Assembly: GCA_963693055.1 (NCBI GenBank)
Contig: OY843751.1
Coordinates: forward strand, 5,888,001 to 5,952,000
DNA length: 64,000 bases
Origin: a bacterium
Lineage (GTDB): Bacteria > Zhuqueibacterota > Zhuqueibacteria > Residuimicrobiales > Krinioviventaceae
Direction: 5' to 3'
The stretch's first letter is position 1. Each line of letters starts with the position of its first letter. This document shows, one piece after another, positions 27,903 through 37,597 of this stretch. The translations under genes and the position numbers were made by a program. Below the pieces are notes generated by a model. That model was not told the DNA's origin, searched no databases, and worked only from the letters and a program-made list of their open reading frames with translations.

Positions 27903-28688
27903 TTAATATCCACCACCGGCACCACCGCCGCCGCTCATTCCACCACCAAAGCCGCCAAAACCGCCGCCAAAGCTGCCGCCACCGCCAAAGCCGCCGCCAA
28001 AACCACCACCGCCGCCGCGGCCACTGTTCATCATTGACCCCAATACCAGCCAGGGTATCAATCCGCCGCCGCCTCGTCGTCCTCCGCCTAAAATTGAGAA
28101 CAGAATGATCAATCCAATCAGTGTACAAAAAGGATTGCTGCGTTTACCCGAACTGCGACGCTGAAGTTTTTGAGAAGGATGGTACTCTGTACCGGTAAAA
28201 CTTACATTGTATTCTTTGGCAATGAGCGCAGCAAAGGAAGAAACACCAGCCATAAAACCACCATCTATATCATTGTTTCTGAAATACGGTAGCATAACAT
28301 CGCGCCAAACGTCTCCTGCCAGGGCATCTGGTATAAAACCTTCAACGCCGTAACCCACTTCAATACGTACTTTGCGCTGGTCAACAACATTAAAGATCAA
28401 AATGCCCTTATCTTCTCCCTTAACTCCTATTCCCCAATTCTCATACAGCCTGTTGGCATAATCGTTATAATCTTCATCACCAATGGTTTTCATGGTAACA
28501 CAAACAATTGCCACATGGGTCTTATTAAAGACTTCTATTGCCAGGGCTTCTAACTTTTGCTCTGTTGAAGAAGATAAAATATTGGCAAAATCATTAACGG
28601 CACCCCTTTTCTGAGGAAAGTTAAAATCAGCAAACAAAGGCGCCGCAATTATAAAAATCAATAATACTATACTGGTAACTTTTTTCAT
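27903..28688 (-). CDS. TPM domain (YgcG-like) membrane protein with a glycine-rich tail
   Basis: VNDFANIL, WGIG...DKGIL, RIEVGYGVEGFIPD, C-terminal FGGGMSGGGGAGGGY. Confidence 0.92.
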   Translation of the reverse strand: MKKVTSIVLLIFIIAAPLFADFNFPQKRGAVNDFANILSSSTEQKLEALAIEVFNKTHVAIVCVTMKTIGDEDYNDYANRLYENWGIGVKGEDKGILIFNVVDQRKVRIEVGYGVEGFIPDALAGDVWRDVMLPYFRNNDIDGGFMAGVSSFAALIAKEYNVSFTGTEYHPSQKLQRRSSGKRSNPFCTLIGLIILFSILGGGRRGGGGLIPWLVLGSMMNSGRGGGGGFGGGFGGGGSFGGGFGGFGGGMSGGGGAGGGY

Positions 28689-28754
28689 AATAAATCCCAA
28701 TTCATCATTTTTTCCACATCTTGTACATCATTTAGTATAAAAAAGATTCATATT

Positions 28755-29162
28755 TTATTGAACAGACAGCACTTTTTTAAACGATTCTGGCAGCCTGGCA
28801 GGTTTACGCTTTTCATAATCAAAGCCTGCCAATATCGTATGTCCGGTAGCAATGGTCTGATTATCTAATTTTCTGATAATTTCATACAACAACGTAAACT
28901 TGATTTTAGCAGCTTCCAAACAGGCAATGTGAATTGTCAGCTCATCGCCCATAAAAGCCTCACCTTTGTATTTTACAAGTGATTCTGTTTGAATGAGAGA
29001 AACACTATCACCAATATCTTTTTCTGATAATCCATATTCAGCCAAAAAGCGAATTCGTGCTTCCTGAAAATAGAGTAAAACCGTATCGTTACCCAAATGT
29101 CCACCGTAATTTACATCTCCAACACGCACTTGAAGTGTTGTAGAAAAAATACTATTCTGCAT
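28755..29162 (-). CDS. Hotdog-fold acyl-CoA thioesterase (YbgC/4HBT-like)
   Basis: VRVGDVNYGGHLGN...FQEAR motif. Confidence 0.88.
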   Translation of the reverse strand: MQNSIFSTTLQVRVGDVNYGGHLGNDTVLLYFQEARIRFLAEYGLSEKDIGDSVSLIQTESLVKYKGEAFMGDELTIHIACLEAAKIKFTLLYEIIRKLDNQTIATGHTILAGFDYEKRKPARLPESFKKVLSVQ

Positions 29163-29312
29163 ATTATATACCCTTGTAACATGTGTTTATTCAAAAATAT
29201 TTAATTTCAACCTTAAATCAAAATGAATTCATGATTAATTTTATAATATATGAAATAAAACCAGCATTTATTAGAGGGAACAAAGACTAAAAAGGTTTTG
29301 TTAAATATATTG

Positions 29313-29395
29313 AACGCAGATGGTCATCCCCCTCCTTTGGATGCTGACCCCCCTAAGCATTCAATAATTGACTGTCTGCGTTTTTTATTGAATGT
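29313..29395 (+). ncRNA. Candidate small RNA with C-rich loops
   Basis: 14-bp closing stem AACGCAGATGGTCA/TGACTGTCTGCGTT (two G-U pairs on plus) enclosing two hairpins with CCCTCCTTT and GACCCCCCTA loops, then a T tract. Confidence 0.45.
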
Positions 29396-29644
29396 GAATA
29401 ATTTTATTATTATATTTGTTCAATTATTCGTATTGAAACGAATTTCTGCCAATGCGGATATTCAATGTGTGCCTGAATGTATTATTGTCATTCCTACCAG
29501 CACCAAACCCCGATAACATGAACATAATTTTGTTACGGTAAAATTTTTTGGAATATTGTTTTGCAATATTTCGTATATAGTATAACATCCAGATCTTTAT
29601 TTTCAGGGATTTAACCCGAAAACAAATATTAGTGAGGCAACTAA

Positions 29645-31411
29645 ATGCAAGTTAACGTGAATTACAGCATTGTGGATAATAAAGTAATTATTAACATTAA
29701 AAATCAGGTTTGTGCAAACGCTGATGAATTACTCAACAGTAACCTCTTTAAAGAAATTCTTGAACGGTACATGAAACACCTGATTGAACATGAATCACCT
29801 TTGCTTAAAATGTTTGATAAAAAACCACAAGACATAAAATCCACAGACTCTAAAACCATGCAGCAAACACTGGTGTTTTTATCGAAAATGAGTATTGATC
29901 TGGTACCCAAAGTTGTAGAAGATTCTGATAGATTTATTAAAAATCCACAACAGCTGGCTTCCTTTGTTGAAGGATTGTATAACTTTTGGCGTGGGTACGA
30001 ACGTTTTATTGTTTGTGATTCTTCGACCGATGTGATTGATCAACGGCCTTATCGTACTTTCAACTCTACCATAGAATCTCTAACCCAGCTCATACGTAAA
30101 GTTTATCGTGATGTGCAGGAAAATATAACAGGGAAACACCCCAGCATTTATCGCCAGGTACATGCAGGTGCTGAAATAGCAGCCATCGCATTACCCAAAG
30201 ACCTGAATTTTCCTGATGATGTATATGATCAGCTTGGAGATATTCCCATAATCAGACAAATCCTTTTAAATCCACCTTTGCTTCTGAATCCACCCATGAA
30301 CAAACGTACCGGCAAGTTTCAGCGCATAGAACAAAACCCGCTTGACTTGTTAAAGATTAATAAAGACGATTGGATTGGTTACCCCGCCAAAGTGGGACCG
30401 CAGCTTATTGTTGTGTATTTCCACAAAACCTTTTATGAACTGGGTTTCAGTCTTTGTAACTTGTTTGAACTGGCAGATGATGAGTTTTTAAATCGTCCGG
30501 TAGATGCGGTTTACCTCTATGGAGTTCCCGGACAAGAGCTGGATGATCTGGCAGAATTGCCTACCGTTTTCTATGACGATGAAAAGAACAAAATGCTATC
30601 TGCTGCCGTACCGGGCAGACCCGAATTCGGTTATTTTGGCTATCTAAAGAAAATGATGCTTACCCTGCATAATGTACAAATGATCAAACGCGGGAAAATG
30701 CCCTATCATGGTGCTATGGTTAAAATTTCGCTCAAGGGTGGCAAAAACAAAACCGTTCTCATTGTGGGAGATACCGGTACCGGCAAATCTGAAATGTTGG
30801 AAGCCCTACGCACCCTGGGTGATCAGTACATTGAAGAAATCATCATCATTGCCGATGATATGGGCTCGCTTGATTATGCTGACAATGGTGATATTATAGG
30901 ATATGGAACCGAGATTGGCGCTTTTGTACGTCTTGACGACCTGCAACCAGGTTACGCCCTGGGCCAGCTTGACCGTGCTATTATTATGAGTCCCAACCAG
31001 GTCAATTCACGCATAGTTTTGCCGGTAACCACTTATGAAACCGTAATAGAAGGCTATAAAGTGGATATGGTTTTATACGCCAACAACTATGAAGAAATTG
31101 ATGAAGACCATCCTATTATTGACCGTATAGAAACAGCCGATGAGGCGTTTAAAATTTTCAGAGAAGGTACCGCCATGAGCAAAGGTACTACGACCTCTAC
31201 CGGCTTGGTGCACAGTTATTTTGTAAATGTCTTTGGTGCGATTCAGTATAAACCCGAGCATGACGAAATTGCCCACGGCTATTTTGAAAAATTTTATGAA
31301 AAAGGATTATTTGTAGGCCAAATGCGTACAAGACTGGGCATTCCCGGTTGGGAGTACAACGGCCCCGAAGCTGTAGCAAACGCCCTGCTTGAAATGCTAA
31401 TGAACAGTTGA
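29645..31411 (+). CDS. Atypical PEP carboxykinase-like protein
   Basis: FGYFGYLKKMMLTLHN, PYHG, Walker A GDTGTGKSE, IADDM, GTEIGAFVR, NSRIV match the order of PEPCK catalytic motifs. Confidence 0.7.
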   Translation: MQVNVNYSIVDNKVIINIKNQVCANADELLNSNLFKEILERYMKHLIEHESPLLKMFDKKPQDIKSTDSKTMQQTLVFLSKMSIDLVPKVVEDSDRFIKNPQQLASFVEGLYNFWRGYERFIVCDSSTDVIDQRPYRTFNSTIESLTQLIRKVYRDVQENITGKHPSIYRQVHAGAEIAAIALPKDLNFPDDVYDQLGDIPIIRQILLNPPLLLNPPMNKRTGKFQRIEQNPLDLLKINKDDWIGYPAKVGPQLIVVYFHKTFYELGFSLCNLFELADDEFLNRPVDAVYLYGVPGQELDDLAELPTVFYDDEKNKMLSAAVPGRPEFGYFGYLKKMMLTLHNVQMIKRGKMPYHGAMVKISLKGGKNKTVLIVGDTGTGKSEMLEALRTLGDQYIEEIIIIADDMGSLDYADNGDIIGYGTEIGAFVRLDDLQPGYALGQLDRAIIMSPNQVNSRIVLPVTTYETVIEGYKVDMVLYANNYEEIDEDHPIIDRIETADEAFKIFREGTAMSKGTTTSTGLVHSYFVNVFGAIQYKPEHDEIAHGYFEKFYEKGLFVGQMRTRLGIPGWEYNGPEAVANALLEMLMNS

Positions 31412-31508
31412 TTGTATTAAATATTAGTCAAGTTTCCCTTGCCATTTGGAGATCCCAGGGAAATTGCCTTCACACATTTTTCAACCCCAAAATTACTGGT
31501 TCAGACAC

Positions 31509-31537
31509 AAAAAAACCCGCTCAAAGGCGGGTTTTTT
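31509..31537. terminator. Bidirectional intrinsic terminator
   Basis: AAAAAACCCGC-tcaaag-GCGGGTTTTTT between convergent genes. Confidence 0.9.
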
Positions 31538-31559
31538 AATAATTCTATATAAACAATGA

Positions 31560-32270
31560 TCAAACACGGCGATTCGCGATAAGCATGGTTTTGGGATCCA
31601 GCTTTAAGCGCATTTTATCAAGGTCTTTATTTCCGTTGTCTTTTAACAATTGAAAATCGATATGTTCTTCATGAGGATTCAGCATAATGATTACAGAAAA
31701 AATATCTTTGAGCTGGTTCACCGGCGCCGGAACTCCCTGATCATCCAACTGCAGATCATGACGGTGCAATGTTGCACTGAACCAGACTTCTGCATCCAGT
31801 TCTTTGGCAAAACCTTGCCAGTCCTGCAATTGCTCCAGGGTTGCTTCCTCAAAGGGGAACCCGTCAACAATAACCATTTCGGGAATAAAATCCAGGCTGT
31901 CTTTGAACTGTTTAAAATGGGCTTTAACATTATCAAGCGATGTGTTGTCTTGTTTAAAATGCAAAATTAAACGTAAATGCATGGTGTTGTCAAAAATCTC
32001 GTACGAGTTTTCCAACTTGTACGCATTTGCAACTTCCTGGAACACCTGCTTATACCAACCTTCAATATGCTGCGGATTGTCTGAAAAAGAGATATGAAGT
32101 ACTTTTTTATCGTTCAACAGCTTGTCAGTTGCAACGTGAACCAGGCATGCAGTCTTGCCCACTCCTTTTCTGGCGGTAAACACCCCCAGATTTCCTTTCC
32201 CCAATCCACCATGGATTGTTTTCTCCATGACCCGGATTGGGCTGCGTTTAATCAATTCGGTTTTTAGCAT
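31560..32270 (-). CDS. RecA/DnaB/KaiC-like P-loop domain protein of unknown function
   Basis: HGGLGKGNLGVFTARKGVGKT (Walker A), MVIVDG (Walker B). Start ATG 32270. Confidence 0.7.
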   Translation of the reverse strand: MLKTELIKRSPIRVMEKTIHGGLGKGNLGVFTARKGVGKTACLVHVATDKLLNDKKVLHISFSDNPQHIEGWYKQVFQEVANAYKLENSYEIFDNTMHLRLILHFKQDNTSLDNVKAHFKQFKDSLDFIPEMVIVDGFPFEEATLEQLQDWQGFAKELDAEVWFSATLHRHDLQLDDQGVPAPVNQLKDIFSVIIMLNPHEEHIDFQLLKDNGNKDLDKMRLKLDPKTMLIANRRV

Positions 32271-32341
32271 GAATCGGCCTCTGTATATTTTAAATTCTTT
32301 TCTTCTTATTATAATAAACACATTTAAACATTATCACGCTA

Positions 32342-34420
32342 CTACTTTTTATCTTTTTCTGCCAATTGTTTTTTCAAATTTTCGGCAATAGATTCAGGTA
32401 CTTTGTGATAACGTGAGAACTCCATGGTAAATTCAGCTTTACCCTGGGTTGATGAACGCAATACTGTTGAATATCCAAACATTTCGCTCAAGGGTACTTC
32501 GGCATCCACAACGGTAAAGGCATTATCTTCAGTTGCACTGTGAATAATACCACGACGCTGGTTAATAGTAGCCAAAATGGCGCCCTGAAACTCTGTAGGA
32601 CTTTCAACGCTTACGCGCATAATAGGTTCAAGAATTACCGGTTTACAACGGTTATACACTTCACGGAACGCAGACAGAGACGCTGTCTGAAAGGCCTGAT
32701 CAGAAGAGTCAACCGGGTGATAAGCACCATCATTAATGGTGATTTTGACACCCACAATGGGGAATCCGGTTACCGGACCTTTGTCCATAGCCATTTCGAA
32801 ACCTTTACGACAGGAAGGAATATATTCATTGGGAATAACGCCACCCTTTATCTCGTCAACAAATTCAAAATCGCTTTCATGGTTGGGTTCCATTGAACCG
32901 GCAACACGACCGAATTGTCCCGCACCACCGGTCTGCTTTTTATGTGTGTAATTAAAAGTGGCCGATTGAGAGATACTTTCACGGTAAGCAACCTGTGGCG
33001 CTCCGGTCTCGATCTCTGCATTATATTCACGTTTCATTCTTTCAAGATATACTTCCAAATGAAGCTCACCCATACCTCTAATAATAGTCTCATCAGTTTC
33101 GGGGTCAACATAAGACTGAAAAGTAGGATCTTCTTTTGAAAAACGGTTTATTGCTTTTGCCATATTGGCAGCAGCCTTATTATCTTTAGGAATAATAGAC
33201 AAAGAAATTACCGGTGTGGGAACAAACATGGAGGTCATTGAAAAATTCAAACCACCGCCGGTAAAAGTATCGCCAGACGCACAATCTACACCAAACATGG
33301 CAACAATATCACCAGAGGGTGCGCTTGTAATATCTTCCATTTCATCAGAGTGCATTCTAATCAAACGCCCCACTCTGATCTTGCGACCTGAGCGAACATT
33401 GATAATCTCGTCACCTTTATTCATAGTACCCTGGTAAATACGAACATAAGTCAGTTGTCCAAAACGGGTATCATCCAGTTTAAAGGCCAGCATAACAAGC
33501 GGTTTCTCATTACTGGATTCCAACACAACTTCTTTTTCTTCATTATCCAAATCAAGTGCAATATTTTCAATTTGAGTGGGATTAGGAAGATATTTTAAAA
33601 CAGCATCCAAAAGGGGCTGCACACCTTTATTCTTGAAGGCTGACCCCATAAATACTGGTGTCAATTCAAGAGACAAAGTGCCTTTACGAACGGCATCGTA
33701 AATCATCTCTTCGGTTACAGTATCTTCAAGATATGCTTCCATCAATTCATCACTAAACATGGATACTGTGTCCAACAAAATATCGCGCTTTTCCAGAGCA
33801 GTGTCCATCAACTCTGCAGGAATTTCTTCCTCACGAATTACCATGCCATTGGGTTCATCAAAATAAAGAGCTTTCATGGTTACAAGGTCAACAACACCAA
33901 CATGACCTTCTTCAAGCCCAATAGGAATTTGCATCATCACGGCATTGTGATTCAGCTTGTCGCGCAACTGCTGAGTAACACGTTCAGGATCAGCACCCAT
34001 ACGGTCGCATTTATTAACAAATGCAATACGAGGCACCTTGTAACGCGTCATCTGGCGGTCAACAGTAATAGACTGTGACTGCACACCACCCACAGAACAC
34101 AATACCAGAATAGCACCATCAAGAACACGCAAAGAACGTTCAACCTCAACGGTAAAGTCAACGTGTCCCGGAGTATCAATAATATTAATCGAGTGGTTTT
34201 TCCACTCCACATGAGTAGAAGCTGAAGAAATGGTAATACCACGTTCTTTTTCCAGCTCCATAGAGTCCATTTTTGCGCCCACACCGTCTTTTCCGCGTAC
34301 TTCGTGAATCGCATGAATGCGATTGGTGTAAAATAATATTCGTTCGGTCAATGTTGTCTTTCCCGAATCGATGTGCGCGCTGATTCCAATATTTCTCATC
34401 AGTGTAATATCTTTAGCCAT
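32342..34420 (-). CDS. fusA: Elongation factor G (spirochete/delta/mitochondrial EF-G1-type)
   Basis: [52 protein letters not shown]. Confidence 0.95.
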   Translation of the reverse strand: MAKDITLMRNIGISAHIDSGKTTLTERILFYTNRIHAIHEVRGKDGVGAKMDSMELEKERGITISSASTHVEWKNHSINIIDTPGHVDFTVEVERSLRVLDGAILVLCSVGGVQSQSITVDRQMTRYKVPRIAFVNKCDRMGADPERVTQQLRDKLNHNAVMMQIPIGLEEGHVGVVDLVTMKALYFDEPNGMVIREEEIPAELMDTALEKRDILLDTVSMFSDELMEAYLEDTVTEEMIYDAVRKGTLSLELTPVFMGSAFKNKGVQPLLDAVLKYLPNPTQIENIALDLDNEEKEVVLESSNEKPLVMLAFKLDDTRFGQLTYVRIYQGTMNKGDEIINVRSGRKIRVGRLIRMHSDEMEDITSAPSGDIVAMFGVDCASGDTFTGGGLNFSMTSMFVPTPVISLSIIPKDNKAAANMAKAINRFSKEDPTFQSYVDPETDETIIRGMGELHLEVYLERMKREYNAEIETGAPQVAYRESISQSATFNYTHKKQTGGAGQFGRVAGSMEPNHESDFEFVDEIKGGVIPNEYIPSCRKGFEMAMDKGPVTGFPIVGVKITINDGAYHPVDSSDQAFQTASLSAFREVYNRCKPVILEPIMRVSVESPTEFQGAILATINQRRGIIHSATEDNAFTVVDAEVPLSEMFGYSTVLRSSTQGKAEFTMEFSRYHKVPESIAENLKKQLAEKDKK

Positions 34421-34983
34421 CTCTAACTCTTTGTAAAATTTAGGGTTATAATTATTTATAGTTTATACACAAAGTTTTAAATATACAAATTATTACAAAA
34501 ACATGCAACACTTTATTAATTATAGCTTTTTTCAGTGAGCAGTTTTGTATTTACAAAACAAATGTTAACACAAAAGAATTCTCTTGTTAATAAAATTTTA
34601 AGAAATTTACGAATTTTTCATTTTAAAACTTGAAATTACTTTTCCTTTTGTGTAAGTTAATAATAGAGGACCCCCAATAATAACTTGTGGATAACCCAAA
34701 TTACCCATTTTTGTTCGGGTTACATGTCCTTGATTTGAAAAATGACCAATGTGGATAAGTTGAAAACCTTATACACTAACTTGCTGAATTAATGCAAGTT
34801 AAGTGAATCACAATTCTTCTACAGCTAATGTGGATAATTTGAAATTTTTGTGGATAACTCATTTTTCCTTATATAATTGTGTGTTGTCGTCTTGATCAGC
34901 CTATATGTTGATATCCTAAATCAAAATAAATCCAGACAACACAATATACTGTATTTGCTAAACATAAAACAACGGAAAGCCGT
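34421..34983. other. Probable replication origin oriC
   Basis: TGTGGATAA at 34686, 34750, 34829 and 34849; TTATACACA at 34463; near-match TTATACACT at 34769; AT-rich 34480-34660; directly upstream of dnaA; genes to the left mostly point away. Confidence 0.88.
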
Positions 34984-36333
34984 ATGCAGGGAGATTTACA
35001 AGTCACCTGGGACAAGATCCTGGGCATCATTAAAGAAAACGTCAACTCTAACAGCTATGCAACCTGGTTCAAACCCATTCGCCCCTTTAAGATTGAGGAG
35101 CACGCCCTAACCATCCAGGTACCCAGCCAGTTCTTTTATGAATGGCTGGAACAGCATTACAGCAAAGTAATCAATCGGGCCATGACACAGGTACTGGGAG
35201 CAGATTACAAGCTACTTTATTCCGTGATTATGGATTCAGCAACTCAGGCTGTTCAACTGCCATCCATGAAAAAAGCCGCTCCACAAAAATCACACAACGG
35301 CAAAGACAACCTGAGTGAGCGCTTTACATTTGACAGCTTTGTGGAAGGAGATTGCAACAAATTCGCCAAGGCTGCTTCATTTGCGGTAAGCAAATCTCCG
35401 GGCAAAACCACCTTTAATCCCCTTGTGGTTTATGGCGGTGTTGGCTTGGGAAAAACGCACCTCATTCAGGCCATTGGAAACTATTGTAAATACAATACAA
35501 ACGCCACACGCGTACTATATGTAGACAGTGAACGCTTTACCATGGATTTCATCAACTCGATTCAGAAAAACAAAACAACCGAATTCAGCAGCCTGTACCG
35601 CAACGTAGACCTTTTGATTGTTGACGACATTCAGTTTTTTGGCAACAAGGAACGAACCCAGGAAGAGTTTTTTCACACTTTTAATACCTTACACCAAAAA
35701 GGGAAACAGATTGTACTCTCTTCTGACAGATCCCCAAAAGAATTAAAAGGTATTGAAGAACGTTTAATCTCCCGCTTTCAATGGGGCTTGGTTGTAGATA
35801 TACAACTTCCTGAAATGGAAACCCGCCAGGCCATTCTTCAAAAAAAAGCAGAAGAAAACGGACTAGACATTCCACCTGAAATCTATCACTTTATAGCCAC
35901 ACATATAACAACCAATGTCAGAGAGCTTGAAGGCGCCCTTATTCGCCTGCTGGCGTATTCTTCCCTGAATGGGCAGGATATCACTCTTGATCTTGCCAAA
36001 AGCCTGCTAAAGGATGTTTGTATTCCCAAGATCAAAGCTATCAGCATCGAGTTTATTCAAAAGACCACATCCGAATATTTTGGCATTCCGGATGATATGC
36101 TGCGCGCAAAGACGCGCAAAAAAGAAGTGGTACAAGCACGCCAAATAGCTATGTATTTATGCAAAAACATGACAGACAGCTCACTAAAGACCATTGGCCT
36201 GCACTTTGGCGGCAGAGACCATAGCACGGTAATCCATGCCATTACCAGCACAGAAGAAATGATAAAAAATGACAACAAGATCAGAGAATCTCTGGAAACG
36301 ATAAAAAATAAAATTGAAATTGCTCAATTATAA
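34984..36333 (+). CDS. dnaA: Chromosomal replication initiator DnaA
   Basis: FNPLVVYGGVGLGKTHL, DDIQF, RELEGAL, FGGRDHSTVIHA. Confidence 0.98.
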   Translation: MQGDLQVTWDKILGIIKENVNSNSYATWFKPIRPFKIEEHALTIQVPSQFFYEWLEQHYSKVINRAMTQVLGADYKLLYSVIMDSATQAVQLPSMKKAAPQKSHNGKDNLSERFTFDSFVEGDCNKFAKAASFAVSKSPGKTTFNPLVVYGGVGLGKTHLIQAIGNYCKYNTNATRVLYVDSERFTMDFINSIQKNKTTEFSSLYRNVDLLIVDDIQFFGNKERTQEEFFHTFNTLHQKGKQIVLSSDRSPKELKGIEERLISRFQWGLVVDIQLPEMETRQAILQKKAEENGLDIPPEIYHFIATHITTNVRELEGALIRLLAYSSLNGQDITLDLAKSLLKDVCIPKIKAISIEFIQKTTSEYFGIPDDMLRAKTRKKEVVQARQIAMYLCKNMTDSSLKTIGLHFGGRDHSTVIHAITSTEEMIKNDNKIRESLETIKNKIEIAQL

Positions 36334-36427
36334 CACGCTTATAAACTGCTCTATAATATTATTTTCTTGTTATTTACAAAGAAAAGTATTATTTTTTTAC
36401 AGTTTTTCATTTTGTTAAGGAGGCACC

Positions 36428-37588
36428 ATGAACTTTACCATCGCCAAGTCTGACTTTTACGACGCATTACATAAAATGGTAGGAGTTGTACCGCAAAAAA
36501 CAACCATCTCTGTTTTGACTTGTGTTCTGATGGAACTGGAAGGCAACCGTTTACGCCTGACCGGTACCGACCTGGAAGTTTCTGTAACTATATCTCTGGA
36601 TGTTAATGGCGAAGAGGATGGTACAGTAGCCATCCCGGCAAAACTGTTGATTGAAATTGTTCGCGAACTGCCCGATGTTCCATTGAATCTTTTTTCAGGC
36701 ATCGGTGACAAAATCGTTATCAAAACGGAACAAGGTGAATATAAAATATCTTCGCAGCCAAAAGAAGACTATCCCCGTATCAATGTAGAAGAGGGTGATG
36801 TTTCTTTTGAAATTGACAGCGAGCTGTTAACACGCATGACAGACAAAACATTGTTTGCTGTTTCAAACGATGAATTACGACCCGCGTTAACTGGTATTAA
36901 TATGGAAATGCTGGCAACCGGTATGACGTTGGTAGGTACCGACGGTCACCGTTTATCACGGGTTATCAACAAAAACCCCGGTGTTTCAGGTGACACCCAA
37001 TTAAACATCATCATTCCAACCAAAGCACTGAATGTCATGTCACGCAACCTGAACAGCGAACAACCGGTAAAAATACAGGTTGGCGAAGACCACATTCAAT
37101 TTGAATTCAACAATACCATTATTTATTCTAAATTAATTACCGGAACATATCCCAATTATGAACGGGTAATTCCAACAGACAATGATAAAGAGCTCAAGGT
37201 AGATCGTGATCTTTTGATCTCTACCCTACGCCGCGTATCCATTTTTTCAAGCTCACTGACCAACCAGGTTAGATTTGTGCTAACCCCAACAGAGATCACC
37301 ATTCATTCAGAAGATATAGAATTTGGCGCAGAGGCAAAAGAATCGATTCCAGCCTCTTTTAGCGATGAATGGATGCAAGTAGGCTATAATTCAGCATATG
37401 TGCTGGATGTTTTACGTCATATTGATGATAAAGAAGTTCTTTTAAAACTCAAAGACAGCTCAAGTGCAGCTGTAGTTTCCCCAGCAAATCAGAAAGAAGA
37501 TGAAGATGTTCTTATGCTGATCATGCCCATTCGGATTAATGAAGAAACACCCGAAGAAGAAGGGGAAACTGAGGAAAATGAAGAATAA
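36428..37588 (+). CDS. dnaN: DNA polymerase III beta clamp
   Basis: TGTDLE, GTDGHRL, YPNYERVIP, LIMPIR; position after dnaA. Confidence 0.97.
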   Translation: MNFTIAKSDFYDALHKMVGVVPQKTTISVLTCVLMELEGNRLRLTGTDLEVSVTISLDVNGEEDGTVAIPAKLLIEIVRELPDVPLNLFSGIGDKIVIKTEQGEYKISSQPKEDYPRINVEEGDVSFEIDSELLTRMTDKTLFAVSNDELRPALTGINMEMLATGMTLVGTDGHRLSRVINKNPGVSGDTQLNIIIPTKALNVMSRNLNSEQPVKIQVGEDHIQFEFNNTIIYSKLITGTYPNYERVIPTDNDKELKVDRDLLISTLRRVSIFSSSLTNQVRFVLTPTEITIHSEDIEFGAEAKESIPASFSDEWMQVGYNSAYVLDVLRHIDDKEVLLKLKDSSSAAVVSPANQKEDEDVLMLIMPIRINEETPEEEGETEENEE

Positions 37589-37597
37589 GAGTTGTGA

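Noticed and set aside
27905-28090. CCGCCGCCA-type tandem repeats as a CRISPR or VNTR, and the Arg/Trp-rich extension of ORF 27139-28128
   Set aside because: They encode the glycine-rich tail of the TPM protein; the extension is an alternative-frame artefact.
34877-35110. Small ORF in the origin spacer as rpmH or a leader peptide
   Set aside because: No L34 signature (MKRTFQP); it overlaps dnaA out of frame.
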